This document shows positions 25,028-39,787 of a DNA stretch of 64,000 nt, piece after piece (position 1 is the stretch's first letter; every line of letters starts with the position of its first letter). The notes under the pieces are model-generated. The model was not told the origin of the DNA, made no database searches, and worked only from the letters and a program-made list of their open reading frames with translations. Both the position numbers and the translations under genes were made by a program. The stretch is taken from NCBI GenBank assembly GCA_964252035.1, contig OZ176201.1, one strand, 5' to 3'. The DNA is from Podarcis erhardii (taxonomy: Eukaryota).

Positions 25028-27831
25028 GCAGCTCATTTATTGTGGGGTGGGAGAGCCTGCTCTTGGGTGGGGTAGCCTTGTGCTTGCACCCACATGAAGG
25101 GAACTCTGGATTGTGGCCACTGCACATGCAACAGATATATCAGGTGCACCTGGAAAACAAAAATCTTGCACCATAGTTCTAAAGCCCCAGAGGCCTTAAA
25201 TATTTCTGCCTGGTGTTTTTAGTGCATTTGAGAAAAGCCAGTAGTAATACTTAGCTATTCCAGGCAGAGAAGTTATAGGGTCAGCCTTTTTTTTTTGGGT
25301 TGGGAAGCCCACTTACATGAACCTGGACCTTGCCCATCAAGACCTTCCTGATTGCAACTTACCTTGCAGGGAAGGCGGCTGTCCCTCCCAGATAATTCCT
25401 CCAGAGTGTGCGCTGGATCAGAGTGGTGGCCCAGGCAGACCTTCCTTTTATTGGGAAGGAGCCCGAGATGGATGCCTTCATCATGAGTTCGAAAGGTAAA
25501 CTTGTTCTTATCTGTATGCTTATGGTTCTGCTAGTAAGCGTATTGCGCAAGAGAAGACAGTATGCTGGATATACACAGTGTACCATCGTTTCAAGGCCAC
25601 AAGACCCAAACCCATGATGGCTTTCTTTGGAAGCGACAGCCATATGGATTGGTGTAGGAGGAACTAGCAGAACCGCGATCTTCACAGACAAGGACAAGTT
25701 TAACTTTCTGCTATACCCCTATACCAATCCGAAACTTTGAAACCCAATGCATTCAATTTTGTTTCAATCGAATGGAGTTTTTGACAGGCACGTGCGACTC
25801 ACAGGGATATATGGCCCCAGGGTTGTTGTTAGATTAATTACTAGAGAAGAATCACTGCTGTCCTCCTGGCAAAGTTCATGCGGGTAACAGTTTGGGGCAG
25901 GTTGTGTGTGGAGCTGCAGTATGAGATAGGATGGGTGCATCTGTGACTCTGGGGCGTGTAGTTCCTTATGACAATCTCTCACGTGCCCATGGCTCCAAAG
26001 AGCTTGACAAGCCCTCACTGTAGCCATTGCGCCACACTGTGATATTTCGTAACTAAAGGAATAGATACCACACATACCGTCAGCTAGGTGACTCCCTCTG
26101 CAAGCATTGCCCTCCTGGCCACATTTTAGCTTCAGTCATGCCCAGCAGTATTTTTTCCAGTACTTTACTTTATGGAGAGGGGAAACCACAATAACTTTTG
26201 AACCACGGATTAGAACTTGACCACTTAAAAGGTCTACTTCATAAAAAGGCCAAACAAAGTATATCAGTACTTTTCACCAAAATTTGAAAGAAATATGTGA
26301 TTTCTTTATAAATAGGAAAGAGGTCAAACTTTTAAACTTGTTGGATCTGTGATAATTTTTATTGGATTGTTCTTTTTTGGGGGGGGTACTTTCATACACC
26401 TCATCAAGTAGACCATGTGTATGCAAAATTTCAAATTCACCAGTTCTATTAGCTATAGCCTGTTGAGACTTATCATGATGGAACTTGATTTAACTGTAGA
26501 AGAACTGCCCTGCTTCTATCATCAGCATTCCCACTCCACAATAATACTCAGCCTAAATCTGTTTTCTGAACCTTGACAGCACCTGGCCATAAAGAGCTGC
26601 TGAAACCTCCTCCTCCTCCTCAAGAGATGATCTGGTAAAGACCAGAATTCATTCAAAATCAGAATGTTCCTATTCACAACTAGATCAGTTTCATTCTGGA
26701 GATGATACATTGCTGAGATACATTCATGTTACTACTTCTGTATAGTTTTCATTTGATTGTCAGTCCACTATTTTAACTAGTCAGGATTTACCAACCCAAT
26801 CCTCAACATGTCCCACTGAATTCAATGGGCCTTACTACTAGTAAGTATTGAGGGCTGCTGCCTTAGGTCATAATGTCTCCAGATTTGTCACTCCCAGACT
26901 TCTATGTATAGCTTCCAAGTTGACGGCACAAATATTTAATGTGGCATGTATATTTTCTGCTGAAGCACTCCTTACTCCCTAAGAGTTTAAATAGACATAT
27001 TTTCAGTTAACATTCCCCTCGTGTGTAAACTATTTACCTTGCCAGAAAAGTAAGCTTGGTTGCCCTGGTAACCAAATCACTTGCTGACACATCTGTGTAA
27101 GGAGACTGACTTATTTCTTGTAGCTTCTCAAGTATACTTTAGAAGGAACTTGAGTATTTCCACAGCTGGATTAACTGCATGCTTTTCTAGCATGTGCAGA
27201 AAAGAAAGTTATTCTTGCAGTAGCCCATTTTAAAATATTAATCAGCAAATCTTCAAAGGTATTTCATCAGTTCTTCATTAAGTTAATTCATTATAGAAAA
27301 CTCTACTCATTTCCTATTTAGTCCAATATCTCTTGCCATTACTGTGCTGCGCATTCTGTTGTTGCTGTTCCTGAAGTAGTTAAAATCTGCAGAAAGTTCG
27401 TATTCCAGGTTCACCCACAAATGAAGTCATTTTCTCTTTTTTAAAAAAAAGAATTGCAACTAATTTCCACACATTGACCATTGCTAAAAAGGGAAAGCTA
27501 CACAAATCATTTTCTTCACACGATACTTTAAGGAAGTGATGCTACAATGAGTCATTAATGCAACAAAGGACTTCAAGGATAATTCAGATTTTTTAACTGT
27601 GAGGTTACTGAAAAATAAAATTACCGTAAAACCTCACTGGTTGTGGCGGGTGAGAGAGGGAGGGATTCACTGTCATCAACAAAGGTAAGCCATGAATTAA
27701 CCAGTTTTACAAGCAGTAACCAGATAGCTTCCCCCGGAAAGAAAAGCCAAAGAGCTTGGCTAGTATGAATAGGTGGAAATAAGTGTTTTTATGAATTAAA
27801 TGGTTTCTAACTTATTTTCCTAACATTGCAG

Positions 27832-27949
27832 GCACCTATGGGGACTTGCTGGGGTGACATCTCAGAAGGTGTACGTGTAGAAGTCCCTAACACAGACTGC
27901 AGCCTACCTACCAAAGTCTTCTGGATTGCTGGGATTGTAAAATTAGCAG
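27832..27949 (+). CDS. MBTD1: MBTD1 exon (MBT1)
   Basis: ttgcag| APMGTCWGDISEGVRVEVPNTDCSLPTKVFWIAGIVKLA |gttact; 118 nt. Confidence 0.96.
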
Positions 27950-29041
27950 GTTACTAACTTTGCATAAAATAATGCATTTTGAAGTGTAACTGTCTCAATA
28001 AATAATTCAGGGATTTGAGCAGGTGTATATATTATTTAAAACAAAATGCATAGCAGAAGGCATAAGTCTTCTGTGTTGAATGGCCTGATCCTTAAGGTTG
28101 CCATAGTGGGGCAAGTTCCTATTAAGTCAACAGTGGTTTACCAAGCAGATCTGTTTGAAACACTGCCTATAAGGGATGATTCTGTGGAATTTAAAAGACT
28201 GTCGTATTCAGATCTTGAATGCTGCAGACACTGTTAATTGTAGGCTTTGTTGTGATTCTTCAGAGGGTGATAAGGAGTAATTGTAATTTTTATCTTATTA
28301 GAGCTACAATTTATATGTTTTCAACTTTAGGGGTTGAAAAACTTTGCCTTTGAGTAGTTTCCCTGATTCCTGATAAGTCTCTTGCTTGTGATTTTGAGCT
28401 AAGACTCATAATTTCCCTGCAGACTTCATTATGTGAAATTCCCTTTATGATCAACACACTGCTGTCCTCCAAGCAAAGCACTCTAGGTGTTTGAAACAAG
28501 GTTATACACTCATGGCTTGTGGCTCTTTCTTTCTCTGTGACCTTTGAATGTTTGCATTGAGATAGCAGTTAAAGCAGCAGCATAGGTCAGGCAAATTAAT
28601 CAAGCTGAATTTGCCAACAGGCTCCCAACACATAGTTTGAGAAGCCTCATGTAAAACAAATTGCCTTAAAATCCAGGGAAAAAATATATTTCAAGGCCAT
28701 GTCTTCTAACAGTATACTGTGCAGGAGTCGCCAACCTTTTTGAGCTTGTGAACTCATTTACAAATTAGAGAAATGGTTGTGGGCACTGCATGCACGCAAT
28801 AATAGGCGCCAACTCCTAGGGGCCCAAGCAATTTTGGCCCCCCAAATATTTTTTTGAGGTGGCTGGGCCCCCTCAATATGCAGAGGACGTCACACAATGT
28901 CCCTCCAATCCTTTGGAGAAGCTGGTGCCTCTGCACTCATGGCAACCTATTCTATTGGCTACAATAGATTGCTTCATTCAGGCTTAATTTCCGTGGAAGA
29001 AGAGACCTACGAGGGCTATGCTGGTGACCCCTAGTATAGTA

Positions 29042-29278
29042 CAGTCGTACCTTGGAAGTTGAATGGAAGCCTTTCTGGAAGTCCGTTCGACTTCCAAAAC
29101 GTTCGGAAACCAGAGCGCGGCTTCTGCAGCCTGCAGGCCAAGCGGAAGTCACAGAAGCCCCATTGGATGTTCAGCTTTCAAAAATACTTCACAAACCGGA
29201 ACAGTCGCTTCTGGATTTGCGGCGTTTGGGAGCCAAAACGTGTGAGAACTAAGCTGTTTGAAAACCAAGGTACGACTG
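29042..29278. mobile_element. Tc1/mariner-type MITE family C
   Basis: Perfect 14-bp TIR CAGTCGTACCTTGG with TA TSD. Confidence 0.85.
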
Positions 29279-29526
29279 TAACATCAATGTAGGAACTTCC
29301 CCTATTGACAAAGTACATTAATCTCCTGCACGCCTACCCCAACCTCTACTGTGGTGCCTCCCTTCTTTCACAGCTCTAGTATAGGCAGTGGCAGCTGAAG
29401 ACCACTTCCAACATCAGCTCGCTTCCTCTGGAAGCTGTTCCAAATGAAGGGGAGTGTGTGTTTGATTGTGGTGCATTTCTTCCTTAAGAGTAGCATGGAT
29501 CAGCATGAGATTTCCTTCTCTTTCAG

Positions 29527-29661
29527 GTTACAGTGCTTTACTAAGATATGAAGGTTTTGAAAGCGATTCAAGTCTCGACTTCTGGTGTAACATCTGTGGT
29601 CTTGATATCCATCCGGTTGGTTGGTGTGCAACAAGTGGGAAGCCTCTAGTGCCACCTCGAT
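29527..29661 (+). CDS. MBTD1: MBTD1 exon (MBT1)
   Basis: tttcag| GYSALLRYEGFESDSSLDFWCNICGLDIHPVGWCATSGKPLVPPR |gtacgt; 135 nt. Confidence 0.97.
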
Positions 29662-29999
29662 GTACGTAAATCTGACTTTTAACAGGCTGACCTTTAGTTG
29701 AATTTATCTTATGCTCTCTGTACTGATCCTTTAACTTGCATTACATACTCTCTTATGTTAAGTGTAAGTCTGATATCACAACATCTGTATATCTCTCTCT
29801 GTATTTATCATATGAATGGATGTGCTTGCGTCTAACTCACGTTGTTGTCAAAATAGCTAAAAGTACTTCACGATGATAACGTATCTGGATTTCCAGTAAA
29901 TTCTGAAGACAATAACTTTTTGACATTGCTCATTCAGTGTCTTGCAGTACAAATTTTCAAAAGTGGTTAATGTCTGTTTGTTTTTCTGAATCTTGACAG

Positions 30000-30088
30000 C
30001 CATTCAACACAAATACACAAACTGGAAAGCTTTTCTGGTGAAACGACTCACTGGTGCCAAAACTCTTCCTCCCGACTTCTCTCAGAAG
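30000..30088 (+). CDS. MBTD1: MBTD1 exon (MBT2)
   Basis: tgacag| SIQHKYTNWKAFLVKRLTGAKTLPPDFSQK |gtgagg; 89 nt. Confidence 0.96.
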
Positions 30089-30518
30089 GTGAGGCTGGTT
30101 TCAAAGAAGACCCTTGTCAGCCGTTTTGGCTTATTTATTATAGTACTTACAAAATGCTTTTGAGCATGAATACTCTAAAAACTGTTACATAAAAAAGTTA
30201 AACAGTAAAATGCAATATGAAAATCTGAATTGGAGCGGAAAGCAAAAGCTGGCAGCAACAACAAAAAAGCAGCAACAGTTGGACCAGAAACAAAAGTTTC
30301 CAAAGCCTAAGTTATGAGACCACCACAGGAAAAGCTCTTTTCCTAGTTGGCAGTCTAAAGTCTGAAAGTGATGGTACCTGTCTTTGTTGACTGATCATAA
30401 AACTGGGCGTGGAAAGGGGAACAAAACAGGGGAAAGCACTCCCTGTGATACTTGTGGGCAATAGCAGATTCACATAGCCATTGTTGTAGATGGGTATTTG
30501 CAGAGGTACATATGTTAA

Positions 30519-30827
<309 letters not shown>

Positions 30828-31050
30828 TGATGTTCATGTCAGCTTTCAAGATATGAGAGTCGGACAGAGAATGATGCTTTGAGGTTTGCTTGCTTTTTAA
30901 GCCATCAAGTGGTGTATACATTTTATGGAATAAAAGTGTTTTTTAAAAAATGCTTTATTGGTTTTGGTAGGCATTTGTATTTTTAAAAGGTCACATGTTT
31001 GAAGTAGTAAATTAGAAATCTTCGTCTATGTTTCCCCCCCTTTTTCACAG

Positions 31051-31106
31051 ATATTGCCAAGAAACAGGACTCTTATTTTGATGCACCCCCACATTTATTT
31101 GCTAAG
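31051..31106 (+). CDS. MBTD1: MBTD1 exon
   Basis: tttttcacag| DIAKKQDSYFDAPPHLFAK |gtatga; 56 nt. Confidence 0.94.
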
Positions 31107-31236
31107 GTATGATGTTTTGCAAGGAACTTGATTTATAATGTAAGGAATTGTTCATCAGCATTGAAGCTGGAGAAGCAAATAGACTGTGATGCTGACCTGT
31201 GTTGCTTCCATTTGTTGCCTCAAAATGTTTCTTTAG

Positions 31237-31356
<120 letters not shown>

Positions 31357-31782
31357 TAATTTTGCTTGTAATTTCCGTTGCTATTGCTCTTAAGTGAATT
31401 TTCATTTTGTGTATTTATGTATTTTATTGTGTTTTGTACTTCAATATATAATTAGTTGTTTTGTGATTTTAAACTATTGCAAGGGGGCGGGGAATTATAT
31501 TAAACAAACAAATCATGTGGTCTGCCTCTGCTCCCTTAACTCATGTTTTTAAGGGATCAGGAGCATTACATAGGTACTGGTTGTAACCAGCATAGTGTTG
31601 TCCAAAAAATACAGGAACCATATGGACAATATTGTTGTTTGCCTTAAAACAGGGTTATCAAATCAACCAGTAGCTGAATTTCTCTGAAAACTTTCGCTCT
31701 TCACTTTCTGGTATTTCCCCACCTTTAAATGACTTTAGCTTCTAAATCTTAACTGCTGTTTGTTTGATTTTTGTTTATCTAG

Positions 31783-32160
<378 letters not shown>

Positions 32161-33117
32161 TGACTTGGTTCTCCCGTTTGCTCAGTGCAGAGTAAAGGAG
32201 TATAAGAATTGCCACTGCTGTGGCTTGCTGAAGTGGTGTAGATGGGACAAGCAGCTAGGCTAGGTGCATTATGGTTTAATGTCACCTCTTCATTAGTTAT
32301 GATATCCTCAAAGTAAGTGGCACTCTTCTCACCTGTCTAGGCCAGATTGGCCTAGTAACATCATATATTCTGCCTAGTTTGATCAATTACTTCCTGTGAT
32401 TTCCCCCCTAAAATCTGGGCTCAAGGTCATCCAGTGAATCTGGTTGGCAGGAGATTCAGGAGAGGCAAAAAGAAGTACATATTTGCATGACAATGTGTAA
32501 AATTATCTGCCCAATATGTGAAGGCTACTATCTTAGATAGCTAAGGGAATTGGATAAATTCATGCAGGGTAAAACTGTCAGTGGGTGTCAGGGGTTTTTT
32601 GCTTTTTTGTTTTGCATTTAAGGTTAGTGGGGTGGCCTCTTATTCAGAGCTCTGTCTGTACATTTGTGGTCCTTTATTGCACCCTGGCACCTGCTGAGGG
32701 AAGGGCCATGATTCAGTGAGAGATGGCATGTTTTGCATGCAGAGGCTGTAGGGCTGGATTCCAATGTTCTTCACCCCCAGTAAGTGTTCCAACTAGTGTT
32801 GTGATCTGGCAGCATCTGGAGGGCCCTCAGTTGAGTCCCTAGCATCAACAGCGAAAGGGATCTCTGATAAGGTAAAATAGACTTCTATGTGATACCTTGG
32901 AGAGCTTTTGGCAAAGTAGACTATGCTGGGCTAGATGGACTGATGATCCCACTTGGGAGGAGTAACTTCATAATTTATTATAAGAAATGTATACCCTGTC
33001 CTTCCATGGTTATCAAACTGCTTGGGGCAGATTGTGTATCCGTGTGAGTGTGTGTCTGTGTACAAATCATGGCAAATGTTTTTGTGATGCTACTACATAA
33101 CTGTTAATCTCTTGTAG

Positions 33118-33200
33118 GTTATGCAAAACTACCTTTCAAATGGTTTGACTACCTCAGGGAAACAGGTTCAGTAGCAGCCCCTGTGAAGTTCTTTAACAAG
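33118..33200 (+). CDS. MBTD1: MBTD1 exon (MBT4 start)
   Basis: cttgtag| GYAKLPFKWFDYLRETGSVAAPVKFFNK |gtaaga; 83 nt. Confidence 0.96.
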
Positions 33201-34128
33201 GTAAGACCAAAATATTTCACAATTGTAGTGTACCTACAATTTGTGGTGCTCATTCCTTTGTTGGCAGCCCCATAGAATCTAGAAAATGTCTTCACATGTA
33301 GCTGTTATAGAAAAGCATCTTAACTATAAATAGAAAAGAGTACTGGCAGATAAGTACTTTCAGTAGATTCACCCTGTGGATTTAAGACTAATTAAATGCA
33401 ATGGTGGTTGAAGAAGGAAAAGAGTTATCCCAGTATTGCAATATTGGCATTTGAATGCTATATGTTGGAACAGGAATATCATAGCTGGGATGTAGTGAAT
33501 GCACCCATTTCTGTGCCTCTCTTCCTTGAGGATATGCAACACTGAAAAACTCATATATTTTATGTCATGTATGCAAGTCTTGTTTTGCATGACCGTACTA
33601 AATTAAATTAATTTTTTTAAAGAAAAGCTTATTAAATCATTGGTTCCATTCTGAAGCCCACACTTCAGTTTCCAAAAACTGAATATATTAGAGATTCAAT
33701 TTTCAAAAACCTTTCTGTTTAACATGTTACATTAAGGGCTTTCCATTTTCACTTATGCACCAAAGTGCTAGGAAATTACAACTGTTGAATGGGCCACACC
33801 CTCAACAGATATATCATTTAGGCAATATTGATATGGTATCCTATCCTGTGGTTCGTTCCAGCTTTACTACTACCTTGGGGCTGGATCGCTGTCAGTGGTG
33901 GACCTAAGTATGTACCAGATTTTTCTGTTCATTGAAAAACACACATGGAGCCTATTTAACTAAAGCTTCCATTCCACCTTAAAAGTACCAACTGACAGCT
34001 AAAGTAAAGCATGACCAGGTAACTTGACTTGGGATCTCACGAACCCAGTATTTATAACCAAAGTGAACTAAGGCTCTGGTAGAAAGCTCTAGGAGATCCC
34101 AAGTGTTGTGCTGGATCATCTGTTACTA

Positions 34129-34565
34129 CCCTGTTTCCCCGAAAATAAGACAGTGGTCATATATTAATTTTTGCTCCCAAAGATGCGCTAGGTCTTATTT
34201 TGGGGGGAATGTCTTACTTTTGGGGAAAGACGGTAATTGTGAGTCAACCAGACTCCGTTAGGGCAGAGCGAGCAGCAGGCAGCAACTTGTCCTGGCGGCG
34301 GCGAAGGCTCTCTGATTTAAAGAGACCTCATAATGTCTGAACAGCTCTGGCTGCGCTGCGGCCAATCAGTGAGCTGTGTGACAGCACCCGCCACTACAGT
34401 CCAGAAGAGTCAGACGCTTTACAGTAGCTTCGGGGGCCTTATATTCCGGGGAGGCCTTATTATCGGGGAGGTCTTATTTTCGGGGGATGCCTTATATTAC
34501 AGCGAGAGGCAAAACTGGAAGTAGGTCTTATTTTCAGGGGATGTCTTACTTTCGGGGAAACAGGG
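34129..34565. mobile_element. Tigger/pogo-like non-autonomous DNA transposon
   Basis: TIR CCCTGTTTCCCCGAAAATAAGACA (23 of 24 matching at the other end), TA TSD, internal subterminal repeats. Confidence 0.85.
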
Positions 34566-34696
34566 TACATACCTTGGTAGAATGAGAGTGCTCACAAGTG
34601 TAAGGAAATGTACCAGGAGAGAGAAAAGTTCCGTTATGGGAGAGGTGACTGGGAACATGTTTTAACCACAAAACTTTGCTTTTCAAAGCAATATGA

Positions 34697-34996
<300 letters not shown>

Positions 34997-35938
34997 TGAA
35001 ACGTAGCAGAACTCCCTATGGTAAAATTTTTCATATCTTTGTTTCTATTTTTAGATTTCAATCTATTTTCTGCCAGGTTACCAGCTAGTGCAAGGCTGTA
35101 GTCTGGGCAATCGGCTTGGACTTACACAATGCCATTTGCTTAATACTCCAGAGCTCAATCCGTTTTGCTCTGTAGTCAGTAGTACTTCAGGGTGTTTGTC
35201 TTATTCTGTCCCTGATCACCACTGATATTTGGAAGGCAAATAAGAAAGCAAGTTGCTTTTAATGCAGTATTATTGGGAATACTGTATGGTCATGTAGATT
35301 AGCAAGTAATTTTGCATTTATTCCTTTAATTAACTAATTTCTTACCTGCCCCTCAAGGTAGTTCACAAATATACAATAAAGAGATAAACATTGTATGTGT
35401 TTGCATTGTTACTATATTTTTATCCTATTGTTCTGACTTTTGGTTTATTTCTCTGGTTCATTGCAGTCTTTTAATGATGCCCTTACAATGATCAGTTATA
35501 GTAGAGTCATATAACAGGCTTAGCAGCTTGACTCTATTAGTTATCAGTTGTACTGAGCATATTTTAAAAGGCAGAATGGCTCTGATTGGCCCAGATGGTG
35601 TTCATTTTGTATGGTAAAATGATTTTACACGTGAAAGTATTAATCATTCCTGACTTAGGGGAATGATTCTATGTAGTTTACTACCCTGCAACACAGTTGT
35701 TAATTCACATCTGGATCATTTTGCTTCCTATCACGTTATAATCACTTTGTCAAATGCGGGATCAAATAATGTGATATTAAAAGAAATGAGGGGCTCTGTC
35801 TAAAATTTCAAGAATATTCTGCAGTTTCAAGAGGCACAGGGCTAGAATTATACTGAATATAGTCCACGAGGCTTCTGAAACACAAAGCACACAAAAAGGT
35901 GTTTAAATTCACTTTCTTTTAAAAAATATATATTTCAG

Positions 35939-36016
35939 CATCAAGAGATGGTCAGTCAAGCTCGTCAAAGCAGAAGAAAAAGTCAAAGTCACAACAATAC
36001 AAAGGACACAAGAAAA
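35939..36016 (+). CDS. MBTD1: MBTD1 exon, basic C-terminal tail
   Basis: tatttcag| SSRDGQSSSSKQKKKSKSQQYKGHKK |gtgggt; 78 nt, phase 1. Confidence 0.93.
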
Positions 36017-36430
36017 GTGGGTAACAGAAATTATTTGTTTTTACCTTCTTGCTGCAAAACTGCCTTTTTCTCTCAGGAAAAATGATGGTTGCGAATGATG
36101 CTTTCTGTTGAAATGTTATTCAAGCTTAAAGTGCATTATGGCACAAGGAAAACTTTTTAAATTGAGTATTTTTTTTTGTCACGTGAAATAAAATAAAGTG
36201 CAAATATAAATATTTTTTTAAAGCAAACTCTGTGGTAGTTTCTACTTAATATCTTGGTTTCAGTTTTAGGTCCTTTCATAGAAAACTTTTTCTCTCCAGA
36301 ATAAGAGATTGATTAATTTTTGTTTAGGGTAGTACTGTCATCTTCACCAAGATAAGATAGATGATATATTTTATTAAGCCATGTTGTTCATAGAACTAAA
36401 AATTAATGCTTTTTTAAGATTCACATAGAA

Positions 36431-36566
36431 CAGGCATAGGCAAACTCGGCCCTCCAGATGTTTTGGGACTACAACTCCCATCATTCCTGACCACTGGTCC
36501 TGTTAGCTAGGGATGATGGGAGTTGTAGTCCCGAAACATCTGGAGGGCCGAGTTTGCCTATGCCTG
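36431..36566. mobile_element. Palindromic hAT MITE
   Basis: Long inverted arms starting CAGGCATAGGCAAACTCGGCCCTCCAGATG; exact 8-bp TSD ACATAGAA on both sides. Confidence 0.93.
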
Positions 36567-37803
36567 ACATAGAATTAATTTCAATCTAAAGTTAGAGAAT
36601 ACTGTAATCGGTTATAATAAGTATACAGAGTAAAGTGAGGGTGAGTGTAGAAACAGAAATGAAGAATTATTTTTTGAAGTGAGAGCTTAGAAAAGAACTT
36701 TAGCATAGAATGTTTTATTGCGTGTCTTGACCATTATAAGGTTAAGTTGGCATTCTTTATATTTTGCTTGATTGGTTTTCATTCTGGTATTTTCATCTGA
36801 AAGATGACAGCTTTTTGTGGCTACAGGAGCTGGCAAGATTGATCCATAGAGTTAATACCTATGGAGGGTCTGAAACACTGGAAAGACTTCCTTGCGTAGG
36901 GAAGTGTAATGAAATTGTACTATATTTTAGCCAAATTAGATTTTAATTTGAAAACTTTATTTTGGACAGGCACACATTACAGCTGAGCTGTTAAGTTTCT
37001 CTTAATGGCTCAGCCTACATGGAACTTTTAATTTAGTTCCAGGTAGTGTAGATCATTAGAATTGAAATGACATCCATTGTACATTGTATTCCTTTGTATT
37101 TTTATTCTGAAGCAAGTCCCACAGGCCTGGTTCAGATACTTGGTTTACAGTTTGCTAAACCATGATTTTTAGGAGCTGGAAACAAGTGATGGAACCACCC
37201 CCTCCCACCTTTGATATCTTCCTTCCACCTTGCTTACTCTGGTTTAATAAAACCACAGTTAATAGTTACGTCCAAAACAAGAAACTGCGGTTTAATGTTA
37301 GTTTTACCAATCAGGATTTTAAACTCTGAAGTTGGTTTAAGATCCTTGTTGGTAAACCAGTATTAAACCACAGTTTGTAAACAGCAGAGAATGTTGGTTT
37401 GGTTAAACTAGGATGCAAGTAATGAGGAAGAAACATGAAATCTCAGTGCTTGTTCCCATTGCTAAAACTGGATTAGTAAGCTTGGGAGTAGAACATACAA
37501 ATCAGTGGATAGCCTTACCTGAGCGTGTTTGGGATTGTAGCCTCAGCCAAATTCCTTCTGAAATGCCAAGTTTCCCACTTATATTAAACAACAAACGGAG
37601 AGCATGACCAGTCCATTGTATCTGGAAGCAGGTAGGAGCATGTGTGAGTTGATTGGGGATGGAGAGGAAGGTGAATCCTGGTGTATCTGCAAACATACTG
37701 TATCTTGCCCTGTAGAACTAGCACATTCTTTAGCTTGAATTCTGATATTTTATTGGGAAATGGAATGTTTCTTCTTTTTGGATTTCCAGAAAGGCTCAAA
37801 CAC

Positions 37804-38101
37804 CGGCGGTTCGAATCCCCGCAACGGGGTGAGCTCCCGTTGCTCGGTCCCTGCTCCTGCCCACCTAGCAGTTCAAAAGCATGTCAAAGTGCAAGTAGAT
37901 AAATAGGTACCGCTCCAGCAGGAAGGTAAACGGTGTTTCCGTGTGCTGCTCTGGTTTGCCAGAAGCGGCTTAGTCATGCTGGCCACATGACCCGGATGCT
38001 GTACGCCGGCTCCCTCGGCCAATAAAGCGAGATGAGCACCGCAACCCCAGAGTCGTCCGTGGCTGGACCTAATGGTCAGGGGTCCCTTTACCTTTACCTT
38101 A
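37804..38101 (+). mobile_element. Sauria SINE, 5'-truncated
   Basis: Homologous to the 15121 copy from the B box to the (ACCTTT)n tail. Confidence 0.9.
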
Positions 38102-39536
38102 CAAATATTTTAACTCTCTCTTTCCCCTTTATCATGACAGTTAATGCAAAGTCATTAATTCCAATAATGAAGCTCCTTAGCGTTGCTTTAGAGTTAGACA
38201 AATTGTAAATTCACAGAAGGCTATAGACATTTTCAAAGTAATAAGGCTAGGACAAAACCTGTATGCTAAAAATGAGACGCTAAAATGCTGTTGGAGCTTG
38301 TTACTCCTTCTGCACCTTTCTTAGCTCAACCCTTAATTTAAAGAACTCTTCTGAGATGGAGGAACTAACAACCATGGAGACTATTGTGGAGCAAGCCTCT
38401 TGTTTCATCCTCTTTGTTTGCTTTTGACTTTGCTCTATAGCGATTTTCTCCTTTGATCTGACCCCATTAAAAAAACCTAATGTGTTGGAGCCTTAGGTGA
38501 AGTTCAGCTAAAATGCTTTATTTTATGTGGCAGGACCTAACTCCTTGAATGTGTATTATTTGACAGTGAACTAAAAGGAAAGTTATTAATCTGCCTCTGT
38601 TTATTATGAGATGGAAATAACTAGTCTGATTAGTCCTACTGTATATTGATTTTCTGCTCTGACTCTTGGCATTTTAAGTTGAAGAAAGCTTTATTTATTT
38701 ACCATGCTTTAACTGTAGGAAGCTGTAAACCAATGCAGCTGGATTAATTCACGACAGTGCTTTCTTCTTACAAGCATTTAGTAGTCATGTTTATTATATT
38801 TATATTAAGAATTATAAGCTGATTTTTAGCCAAAGAGGCCTCAAAGCAGTCTACAACAGCTACATAATGCAATAAGCATTTTCAAAAATAAATAAATAAA
38901 AGGAATTTGTACTTTCTTCCGATGGCTGCTTAGTTCACTTGGGAATATTAGTACATACAAGGTGAGGGGTTTAGGACTTTCATGAACTTTAGTACTTTTT
39001 AATGCTGACCAAAAAAACCACTAGCTGTTTTAGATTGTAATGATGAAGACTTTTTGCTTATACCACCTATGTCTGAGAAGTAGACAAAATGAATTGCACT
39101 AATCTAGCAAGCATACAGTGAGAATATTTTGTATTGGAATGTCGTTACCAAGTGAGAGTACCACCTTTACAAAGCACAGCTTCCTGGAATTGGGAGAATA
39201 TTCTGCTCTCTAGGATACCCTCATCACCTGGCTCAGAAGGCACGTGTAGCATCTGCCAAGCTGATCCTGACTTTGATTATTAGGATGCAGCAGCTACTAC
39301 CGTTTTCTGTTTTCTCCTGTTTCTCCCCTCGGCCCAAGCCCAACTCCCAAATTTAAGCCAGACAGAGGGAGCGAGAAAGCAAAGCACTTGCCAGTCTCTG
39401 CTCATTGATGTGCCCATGGCAAGAAACTGTGACACCTACCATCAGATAAGCACACAAGTACTTTGGCATGTCTTTGGTCAGTTTGGAAAGCCAGATGCTT
39501 AAAACCAGGAAGAGAGGTGAAGTGATGCTTTTACGG

Positions 39537-39652
39537 CAGGCTTCCTCAACCTCGGCCCTCCAGATGTTTTTGGCCTACAACTCCCATGATCCCTAACTAT
39601 CAGGACCAGTGGCCAGGGATGATGGGAGCTGTAGCCTCAAACAGGAAGCCTG
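39537..39652. mobile_element. hAT MITE related to 36431, internally deleted
   Basis: CAGGC...GGCCCTCCAGATGTTTT...ACAACTCCCATGATCCC...GCCTG; degenerate TSD ttttacgg/ttttagga. Confidence 0.7.
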
Positions 39653-39750
39653 TTTTAGGATTTGCGTAGGAAAAAGCAGCATTCATACCTGTCGGCCAGA
39701 GGAGTGCTTCAGGCAAGCCAGCGCTGCACATAGACTCATATGTACTGGTA

Positions 39751-39787
<37 letters not shown>

